From Trichoplax adhaerens (Eukaryota > Animalia > Placozoa), in assembly GCF_000150275.1 (NCBI RefSeq), contig NW_002060945.1, positions 941,872 through 1,005,871 on the forward strand: a stretch of DNA of 64,000 bases, written 5' to 3'. Both the position numbers and the translations under genes were made by a program. Of the stretch, positions 53,801 to 64,000 are shown in pieces. The stretch's first letter is position 1. Every line of letters starts with the position of its first letter. The notes beneath the pieces were generated by a model. That model had not been told where the DNA came from. It searched no databases and was given only the letters and a program-made list of their open reading frames with translations.

Positions 53801-55934
53801 TATCCATCACCCAGTTATTAATTCATAGCGCTCCAAAGTAGTACAGTACTGTTAAGTAATTTTGAATAAGATCCTAACTTGTGAACAATTTGGTTTTTTG
53901 ATATATTACTAGATTAACGTAGAAAATATATTAAATGCCTTAGAGCTATTATTTTTCTAAGGCAATACAATCTGTCAGTTAGTATGCTAACGTGATAAGA
54001 TTATACCTCGTCTTTAAATTAGTTTAAAGGTCTTGCAGTTATTTATCTACGTACCAGTTATATGTAAATTTGATATGTATCTATCACTCTTGCTATAATT
54101 TTAGTGAGCTAATGAACTAAAAAATCTATTTAGCGGTTACTAATTCTGTGTGATTTTTTATAGTACCAAATTTATTCTACTAGTTGTAATTTGTCGAAGA
54201 TGCTTTCTATACTGTACTGATTGATGATCTAATATTTCTTTTCATTGCCCTTTAAAGCAATGACAGGATCTCCAACTCCATCGATAGAGCTATCGCAGCA
54301 ACTTTGGAAACAGGTCTGTTACCAGCTTGGATAATAAATAATCGTTGAACAGATCACTTACTGACTATTGATAATGATTAAGATGTATTATTTATGACAT
54401 GCGAAGATACTGTCATTTTTTAGGGAATTATAGTTCTTTTCTTTTCGTTGCAAGTAATAAAAGAATTACTATCATTTTTGAATCATAATGCAACAACTAT
54501 TCTTCGTAAACTCGGTCAATAATTAATTAAGATAACTATTTTATTATAGTCTAATAAGAGGTAAAATTTAGTACCTAGTGTGATAGATCAAGTCTTACGA
54601 TATTAGTATAAGAAGTTAAAATACTTATTGAGTACTTTATTTTTGCTATATTTTTTACTTTTTATATACAATGGCCTAAAATAATATTATTTCTGTTGAT
54701 TGTATTATATTATATAGCAGCAACCAGTGGCTTCAGGCAATATGAAAAGGTATATTAATTGATATAATAAACCTAGTGTAAATAGTAAAAGTAATATATA
54801 AATTAGATAGTACGATATGACTGAATTTTCTTTACGTTGTAATTGTTGTTATTAGCCTTCCACCTAAGATGGCACCAGCTGCTGCTCTAGAAATGCAGCA
54901 AATGGGATCGGCGAATACTGGCTCCCTCCCAGATTTGTCTAGCCTTCAGTTCTGCTCGCCGTTAAAAACTCCATTAGATCCACCGACTGATCCGGATGAC
55001 AGCGTGGGTAATCTGCGACCAAGCGGAGCGCTTCGTTCTCGTGCAGTTCGTCAAAGTTTACAACGTCGCCATACTCATAGCGGACCAAGTCCGCTGGTTG
55101 GACAACCCCGTCATAACATGCAACAGCTAAATGCTGTTTCAGGAGAGCCTGTGAAACAAGAAAAATATAATCAGCAGTATGCACATTATCAACTTCCAAG
55201 GCAAATGCCTCCAATGATGTATCGACAGATACAGCAGCAACAGCAGTCTCCAACTACTCAACAACCAGTAGAATTCACTTTACAATACAGTGGTAATAAC
55301 CCTGTTAACTCTATCAGCCCATCGACTACTATGCAATCGATGGGATCTACTAGACCATCTATGTCCGCTTCGAATAACAATTACTATCAGCAGCGGCAAC
55401 AACAAGTAGTATTCACCAATTCCATGCAGTCGCAACTAGAGCCAGGCGGTTATAATAATTCCGTGGGCAATAATTTATCTCAGGTAAGTCCTTTATCTTG
55501 ATCTAAATTCTTCTTCTCTTCGACTTATTCACACTTTTTTGCTAATAATTTTACTAATAGAGACCCTTTTAGCATTTCTAATAAATATTTTTTATTACCG
55601 TAAAATACAGCAACAAAGGACAGCAAGCAATCCTAATCTTTCTAATGGCTATAACATGATGCCTCGGTCAAATGTAGCCAGGGATACCGGTAGCCATATA
55701 CCTAATATTATTTTAACTGGAGAAATTGATGCAAACCAAAACTCTAATTACTTGTCGAATGAAATGGATAAGGAAGATGATGTACTTGTTTCCGATGCTA
55801 ATATGGGTACAGATCTATTTAATTTCCATGATCTCGATTCCATTGATTACGCTAACTTACAGCTATTGGATAATCCCGAGTTTATCGCTGACTCAGCTGC
55901 AGAGGCTGTATTTCGGTCAGATAGACTAGGATGA
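44849..55934 (+). CDS. CRTC: CREB-regulated transcription coactivator (CRTC/TORC), 9 coding exons
   Basis: Exons 44849-44971 (TORC_N: NNRRFVDRIAFHQTRQAEETAEFEQVM), 47264-47359 (SLPNIG..IDLQ), 50433-50555, 51402-51463 (SPYPLYLSPPAESSWR), 53711-53790 (RTISDSALHRS), 54258-54313, 54718-54749, 54856-55483 (NTGSLPDLSSLQFCSPLKTPLDP) and 55611-55934 (IPNIILTG; TORC_C LLDNPEFIADSAAEAVFRSDRL). Phases are consistent throughout. Confidence 0.95.
47491..47554. repeat. 64-bp near-perfect inverted repeat (hairpin / mini foldback element) in CRTC intron 2
   Basis: AGTCATGACcAGGGACTcctaAAGACAAAAT-gcagg-ATTTTGTCTaaaAGTCCCTGTCATGACT. Confidence 0.8.
48550..48900. promoter_or_regulatory. Intronic TACTGTA/CpG-richer island in CRTC intron 2 (candidate alternative promoter or enhancer)
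   Basis: Same motif cluster and elevated GC as the two promoters (e.g. tgtactgtacactgtacactgta at ~48742), with TGACGCAA at 48612. Confidence 0.45.
50556..51401 (+). other. U12-type (minor spliceosome) GT-AG intron, CRTC intron 3
   Basis: 5' splice site |GTATCCTAT (consensus RTATCCTTT). Branch site TTTTCCTTAAC at 51378-51388, ~12 nt before the AG at 51400-51401. No polypyrimidine tract (caaagacaaatag). The flanking exons join in frame into a conserved CRTC segment. Confidence 0.88.
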
Positions 55935-58871
55935 TCCTATTTATCAAGTTACCAAGCTAAAGAGAAACTTGTACAGCATGATCAGTATGACAATTAAGTT
56001 AGTTTGCGACAATGTACATATATGTAATGGTAACAAATGTTGTTGTAATAGATAAATCGATGATTGCAGAAGTTCTTTGTTACACACTGCATAGCGCTGC
56101 ATGGATGCATGAATATTATTACTATTGTATCACTTTTGCAATAACTAGTAAGTTACTATAATGCTACTATACCCTATCGCTGCTCTAAATTGTTGTCTTA
56201 GCTCAATTTCGACCGTCAAGTCCTATACTTCGTATTGTAAATAATGTACAGATGTATGCAGTTTAGGCAGATACGCCACAACATTTGTATTCCTAAGTAG
56301 ATCTGTTGTGTCTCTTTGCTCTTTTTTAATCACATCAAAGAGAATGGGGTATCTGGTGGTCTATAGATTTTAAAAGTAAATATGAAAGTTAAATTATTTT
56401 CCTTAATTAAGACACTTTTCTTATCTACCGATATTATGATTGTAATGAAAAAATTAGCTTCAGCGCTGCCGTACTTATCAACTTTGCTAACTACTCTATC
56501 TATTGTATATGCAATTAGAATTTATGTGGTTATTGCATGTCACCATATTGAATAAGGTGTGTGTGTAAATGCGGTTTTACTACATACTACTAGTAGTTAG
56601 ATTCTTCTTTTGTAAAGCCTATAGATAAATTTGATACCTTCTACATTATTAATTATAAACGTAGTAGTTTCAGGCTAACATGTATGCGTAATTTTAATTG
56701 ATTGCAGTTATGATTTTACTGATTTATAGTCAATTGCAAGCTAGAGTATTGTACACCATATTATAGACAGATATCGATTGAAATTGACTTTGCTTTTCAA
56801 TATAGACTGTCGTTATACCATGCTAAGAGTATCCTATAAACTTTTCACATGTTGAAAGTTTCACTACGCAAAAACTTTATTATTACTATATACCAAATCA
56901 CTTTATAGGTACTGTTTTTGCAACTATTTGATGTATTATATCTGTATAGTGTATTGTATTGGTTATGTGATCAATTTTACATCCAAATTTAAATTAAAGT
57001 AAATGGAACGTTGTAAGACCAAATTTATAACCTATATCATCATTCATTAAAATCTATGAACGATTAGAACCTAATATCGCAGTATTTTAGTTCTTGTAAG
57101 TGATGTAAGATGCATCAAGAAGTAGTATAATATTACTCCACAAGGCCATAATGCGATGTACCGAGGTATTTACCGCAGAGACTTACAGTAGCAATTTAAT
57201 AAATTCATATGATAGTACAATTCGACAATTTCGTAAATTAATTTATAGTTTGTATTTATTTATATTATTGCACTATGTAGGTATGTAGTAAGCTGTAGCA
57301 TGATTTCACAGATATATTAACGGGAAACGAATATTTCTGGCAGTCAATGATGATACACTAATTGAACTATTGCAGAACACCATGTATTTCTTTTACTGTC
57401 ACATTCATAATTAATAATTTACTTCAAGTGTGCATTACAGTATATACGCACGTTCCCTATGAAATATCACCAAATTTCCTGTAACTGATAACTAACTCAT
57501 TGGATTTGTTGTGAAAGTTACCTTAGGGAGAACTCTTTATCACTTATCATCGTATACAGTAGTTGCACACCCTTATTTCGTTCCTTAACTGAAGTATTAC
57601 AGTATGAGATGCCTTTCTTTAGAGCTAGACATGAAATAGTATACGTACTGGATATGTGTATATAGTAGTGAACCATGCTATACATTTAAAAATAATAAAG
57701 GGTGTCCTGTATATTTACTATTGATTCACGGCTTTAGAGATAGATAGTTGGTTCGGAATATCATACACTCCATCATATCGGTCAATTTTGTTTAACTTGG
57801 GCTCTACTGTGTAATTGCATGTTTATCATAGTAGTAAACTTCCGCCCTACAATACCTGCGTACTTCTTATATTTTATTTTACATTAATGGCTAGTCGTTC
57901 AAATACTACTAATTTTTTCATTAATTGTTTGATCTTCATCAGTACATTAGATCTTAGTTGCAAGTCTAGCAATGAAGATTGTTCAATAACTTTTAGAATT
58001 TCCTTTCTTAACATCATCTTCGAATCTTCAAACTGCTACCAGAAGCCAAGTAGAACAAATTGTAATGATATTTCATAGATTTATCATGCATACACGTATG
58101 ATTAATTTTACCAAAAAGATGCCATTTTACGAATATAAACATATATAAATTATCAATGTTGAACAATGCCTGAAACAGAGAATCAAGGTAATGAATATAA
58201 CGTTTTATTTTTTACTCAAGTAATGTTGCAATAACAGGTTATTATTAACAATTGACATAACGAAACGATGTAATTAATTAAGTATCGTAGTATCCTTTAC
58301 AGTAAGTTTCATTTAAATTAATTATAAATCTTTTTTGATAGTAACATTATGTAAATTAGGTGATACAGTAATTAATTAAACATTCCAACACATAGTAACT
58401 CTCATGCTACATAAGGTTAAGCGTATAAGTGCATATTACTAATAACAGAAGTGATATTCACAGCAATATGCTTTTCACATAGATAATTACTACAATGGAT
58501 AATGGTGTAGGTCATATCGTGGAATAAAAACAGCGGTATTAGTTAAAGAGCTAAAATCTGGAAGTAAACTTCATAAGGTCTGTACAAGCAAATAAAAATT
58601 TACTAAATTGTTGATTAAAATACACACAATTGTAACTAAATACAATAGACAGAATATACTCAGTAACTTAAGCAATTATAGTTATTCACAGTCGCTCGAA
58701 TCATATTTAAATTGGTAATTGATTCTTGAATAAATAGCATTTGCACGTATATTATACTGCAATGATAGTCAAACTGTAGGACTTGGAATACGAAAATTTG
58801 ATCCTGTTTATAGTAATTTTATTAGATAAGGTCCTCACATTACAGTAAATAAATAAACACGCAATTTTTTC

Positions 58872-61800
58872 TTATCCTTCAGATTTTGGAGGAGTATACC
58901 ATCCTTTATGAGCAATTACATAATGCAAGCACAAAATTCTTAGTAATCCAGTGGGAATCAAAATTATGCTATTGTTTCAATACAAAGAATTAAAATTTTT
59001 ATCGTTAATTTAAACTAATTTATAACGTACCGTTCTTCCCATGCAATTTAACCATGGATTGGAAAGAACTTTGCGCTCTAAAATAGCTATAGGAATTCTG
59101 ATATCGAAAAAATGTAGAATTCAAGTTAATTTCCTACACAAAAGGGAAATTTAAAGATTCACAAGAATATAAATGAAATGCTGCATTTACCGCCGGGGCT
59201 GAAAAATCAATGCGAGCTTTGCCTTGCACCAGCGTCGCAGCAATCTGTATAATAATGGCATCAACTGTATAGACGCTGCTCCATCCCTAGACATAAGCAA
59301 AAGGTGAATGGTCGCAACAATAGTTTGGGGAAGGGCAGCATAGTTTTATATTTTATATTTGTCGTATGTAACACACTTAAGGTGATTTAGAATATATAGC
59401 GTGAGTATAAATAGTGCATTTAATATTCATCTGCAAACCTGCGGTGTAAGAAGTTCCATACAAATTGCTCCACCGGTCATAACGTACCTGATAGTGTAGG
59501 AAAAATAAGATTCGATGTTTAAGAATTTATCTATTTACAATGTAAATACAGTACTCTTATCAGTCGTATGTTAACGTTTTACTAACCCTCCAGTAACTAT
59601 AGGCTCGACCACACGAACAAATGGAGGATGAAGCGGGTAAGAGTCCTAAAGGTAAATTTGAGTTAAGTTAGTCACAATTATTGTACTTGAAGCAAACTAT
59701 CATCGAAAATAGATCACTATCAAACCTTAAAGGTAAAATTTAATAAAATATGGGAGTACTTCAGCTTTTTCTTTAACTTCTTCAAGTCGCTACATAAATG
59801 GCTATCTGGGTCAACTCTACATTTAAGATCGTAAATTCATAGAATAGATTATTATGATGGTAAAAAGCTAGATAAATTCTGTTAGCTCGTAAAAATGAAG
59901 AATACAAAATAGAAATAACCTTAGAATCTTAACATTCCACTCATACAAGCTATCATTAACAAGTTCTAGAGTGTACGTTCCTGTATAAAATTATAAGCAA
60001 AAACGGATCTTAAAGGTTGATACAATGTAAATTCTTAACAGATCATTCTGCAAGTTATAATTTATAGCTATTAACCATTTTTATATGCAGCTGACTGGTA
60101 AACATCTTTTAATTCTTTCATTAGCCGATCAGAAGCCGTTACTGATCCAGATACTGTTCCCTAGTATAACAGATAACGAATTCGGTAAATATAATATCTG
60201 ATGCATGTAAAAGTTTACGATTGATTTTGTAACAAAAATGTGAATTGATCTAAAATAATTTATATCAATATAATACTGTTAAATTGTATATAAATCAGAG
60301 TACATTGCTATTGCCTTAAATATTCTTTTTTATCAGCTACTATAACTTATTTTACTGACGGCATCTTCGTAACATAATGTATTATCTTATGAGCAAATAT
60401 TCAAAATGGTGCGTAGTACGAAAATATCTTCGAAACAAATTTTAAACCTTCAAGTAATCATCCATTTGTGTCTTTTTAATCTTTTTAAGTGTTTCTAATT
60501 CTCGGCTAGATAAGCTCTCATTTTCTTTCTTATCCATAGAATAACTACATTTTGATGCAATAAATAGGTAACGGAAAATGACAAAAGTTAAAATAATCGA
60601 TAACATTTTTTAGAAGTTGTACAAAGTACATCTATGGCGTAAACAGTCTACAATATGACACAAAAATAGCTCCATTTATTTCATGTAATATCTATCAGCT
60701 ATAGCTATACGTACTCGTCATCGTTCATATCTACAATGAAGCGTTCGGTATCCTGCTTTTTGATCAAATATAGTAGATGCAGTTTAATAACATCATTTAA
60801 GATTACATATTAAAATATTATATTGTACGGATAGTAAAATTACATCATCATCATCTTCGAATTCGCTAGCATCGCTAGAGTCTTCCTCAGCAGTGTTATG
60901 GCTATGTCTGGTCTGCACAACTTTACTAGCCCCTTTCACTCGTCCCGAATCCTAAATGTAAATTCGTAGATCAAAGTAACTGGATCATCTGAATTACCTT
61001 CTAACCATAATGTAGTAATAGCTATTAAATTTCTAGAACATTATCGTACGTTATTATACCTGTACTAATAATTTCTTCACATTCTCATTGATAACAACGT
61101 CAAAAGATTGACATAACTTGCTGCACAATTCATAAATCATTTGCAGTAGCTAAAATAAAATAAAAGAATTATAAATAAAGGTAAAAACTGTCATAAGGGA
61201 TAAGCGATCGGAGATTAGTATTTTCGGATTATCTTTTATCGATAGTAAGCATTTAACGATTATTAATTATGACTGAATGGTTATTCTATATAGATTGCGA
61301 CGAAAACATTCAAATCAGGATTGACTTAAGGTTTGATATATAAGCACTTTGTAAAGAAACTTATTGAAAAAAAAGCATGACAGTTCTCTACAATTTGTTA
61401 TTAGGCAGCAAATTCGAAAAAATAATAATCATAGTCTTACTACTATTTTCGAATTTTGGATAATATAAATACAAATATAACTAAACAAAATGTGACAACG
61501 GTATGAAGATAAAGACAAAAGTTTTAGAGGTACAATATACGATAGCAAGTTCAGATTTACGAAGCAACCTTTCAGTAATTTTTTACTACTACAGTATTAA
61601 AATGTCTCACAATGCAGTTACAAAAATTCTTCTTCTTCACAGTAGTAGTAAATGACTGCTAATCTGTGGGTTTAAAATAAATTGAAAAATGATATCAGAT
61701 TAGTACTACAAACCAAATTATTTCCATTACTATCAGCCTTTCCATTAATGTCGCAAATGCATTCTAGTATTTTAGGATCCTCGGTATCGCAAGACCAGAT

Positions 61801-62644
61801 CGGGGGATTGTTCGGATAATTATTCTATTAGAATAGATATTCACATAATTAGCTCTCAATAGCAATGAGACACTTAAAGCTTAGTATAATGTAGCAACTT
61901 TAATATTAATCGTGTAGATAATTTATAGTACGAATTAGATTGCACGTTTACTTATTATATCTTTTTATATGACTATATAGCAATTGTCCAGTCCGACGTT
62001 AATGTAGCATTAATTTATTAGGATGAAAAATTGATTGCATAAGATTGAGCTTTCATAAATACGCTATATTTTTTAGCTTGAGATCAAATTATAATAACAA
62101 TATCGCATTTTTTTTGACAATGTCAACATAGCTATGTTCACTCGTAATAGTCTAAGTCGTAAAGTTAAATAACATAATTAATACTCTATTTGTGAGCAAA
62201 AACATCGAGTCGATGTTCGTGAAAATGTATTTTAATGTTGGAGAATGGTTTCATTAATAAACTAGTAACTGTAATACAAGCATGATAGTTGAAAAATTGG
62301 TAGTATCGTACCATCCGCAATTTTATGATAGGAACAGGAGTGATTTATAGTTGAAAACTACATTATCTCTCTTACTGTATGAATGTTCTATTAGTAATTA
62401 TTACAGAAAACATTTATTCATTATTCTTTTTATGAGCTGAAATAATTAAAAAAAATTTGGTTTTTATCGATATACTTACAGGTATATTGCACGTTAAGAT
62501 ATATTTTTTATCTTTTCCAGGCATAAATTTGACAGCAATTTCATCACTATTAACCCTTACTACTTGAAAATTAGAATCAACTTTGTACAATGTCGACTTA
62601 ATACGTTCAAGTTCACTTTTCAAACTTAGACACCCAACGGCCAT
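58872..62644 (-). CDS. UBE2Q: Ubiquitin-conjugating enzyme E2 Q (N-terminal RWD-like domain + UBC), 14 exons
   Basis: Exons 62480-62644, 61714-61824 (NYPNNPPIW), 61060-61149, 60844-60951, 60715-60752, 60448-60544, 60076-60160 (GTVSGSVTASDRLMKELKDVY), 59920-59980 (ELVNDSLYEWNVKI), 59726-59816, 59587-59645 (YPLHPPFVRVV), 59439-59487 (GGAICMELLT, catalytic Cys), 59191-59286 (GWSSVY..IIQIAATLVQGKARI), 59031-59097 and 58872-58903 (GWYTPPKSEG*). An AATAAA lies ~50 nt past the stop. Confidence 0.95.
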
Positions 62645-64000
62645 TGTCACTTTCTAAAAGAATGAAATATTCCTGATTAAGAGGACAATCATAAGTTGCA
62701 GCTTTTAGTCATATACACATAATATTGTCTGTACCACTGGTATAATAAGTAATCGGTCATTTATGTTTTCTACAGCGACCAATACGCTAATATAAAATTA
62801 CTAATAATTGCAAATGTAAATTCGAATCGATCAACATGGTTATTATTTAAATTGCAGTCCCTTCTTTTTGATATGTGGTATGTTAATTCTATCGACAGTT
62901 TACAGTTTAACTACAGTATAAGACAGAATGGCGTTGAGATTTTAACAGACTTTCAACTTCAGCTAGGGTGTAATCTCCTGATTTTATTTTAGTTCCTGTT
63001 ACAATGGGACATCTTTCTTTATTATTTTTCGAAACTACAATATGATCAACGAGTAAATGGAAAAACAGATATTGTAGAGGTGTTTATTGCACATACTATG
63101 TATTATTTTCCCTTTCTGACTCCAACTATAGAGGCTGTTTGGGGTGTAACATAATCATTTACATTACAGATAATAACTTAGCATGGTACGGTTAATCGAA
63201 AAATTGCAATTTTATACTTTAGTTGAATTAATTCACTTGACTACCGTAAAATCACCAGGAAGAATTAGTGATGATATGCTTTGATTGTGAAGTTATGATC
63301 TATATCTTACTTGAAGACGGAACAGCGAAAGCATTCATGTTTACCGACAATTTTAATCAGAACTACTATATTGTAAAAGTTTACTGGGATTATCGACGAT
63401 TGTATTATGTTTATATGTGCGATAATGGACAGGTATTGGTTTGTCCAGGTAATATGAAAGAATGGAATATTTGTAATAGGGAACAAATTTAACATGTTGT
63501 AAACGTAATAAGGTTACAACAATATATAAATTTAATCATTTACACACATGCGGAACTAGTAGGTTGAATGCTTTAGTCAAAAATGATTATCTTGTACGAG
63601 AACTATTGCTATTATCCTGTTTTAACTGGAAAGTTTGTAAGAGATCAATCATGTTGTCAAATACGGTAGTAATGCAAAATCCTATAACAAGAGGCAGTAT
63701 ATTTTCTTGGCGTATGCTTTGATAGCTAATATAGTACTCATAAGAGGTATAATAAGCTGCACTGGTCTTTCTTTCTCCAAAAAGTAAAAGATATTAATAC
63801 TGCCATTGGCAAAAGTATAGATTATAGATTTGAAAGAGCAAAATAATAATGTACTTTAGGAAAATTAGCCAAATGATGTACGTCACCTACAGAATCTACT
63901 TAATGGTATGATTGCATTCCATTTAGGCATTGATACATCTTGAAAAATGTAATACATATCACGTAAAATTACTGTAGTTAATGCGTTCTAAGATAGGAAT

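Noticed and set aside
63268-63492. 74-aa ORF divergent from UBE2Q
   Set aside because: No recognisable homology and no consistent spliced frame; an orphan gene cannot be excluded but is not supportable.

Overview
Eukaryotic, AT-rich (~30% GC by eye) animal genomic DNA with many short (~70-110 nt) GT-AG introns. Composition, intron style and (CAGTA/TACTG)n-rich promoter tracts suggest a placozoan such as Trichoplax; this is inferred, not verified. Manual splicing supports five protein genes: a PIG3/TP53I3-type NADPH quinone oxidoreductase (+, 10 exons), a FAM81 coiled-coil protein (-, coding region in one exon), IQGAP (+, ~37 exons, ~1850 aa), CRTC/TORC CREB coactivator (+, 9 exons) and the ubiquitin-conjugating enzyme UBE2Q (-, 14 exons). 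The first ~22 kb has no supportable coding sequence. Highlights: (1) a U12-type minor-spliceosome intron in CRTC; (2) IQGAP-CRTC adjacency plus FAM81 and UBE2Q, matching human chr15/chr1/chr5 paralogous linkage; (3) dense palindromic TACAGTA/TACTGTA 'islands' just upstream of IQGAP and CRTC and inside CRTC intron 2, including a tandem duplication whose two copies differ mainly by gain or loss of this motif; (4) a candidate intronic alternative promoter that would give a CRTC lacking the CREB-binding domain; (5) an IQGAP with ~9 IQGAP repeats, mostly in one 1.8-kb exon, a degenerate WW domain and only 3 IQ motifs. Most short ORFs in the supplied track are spurious or are fragments of these exons.
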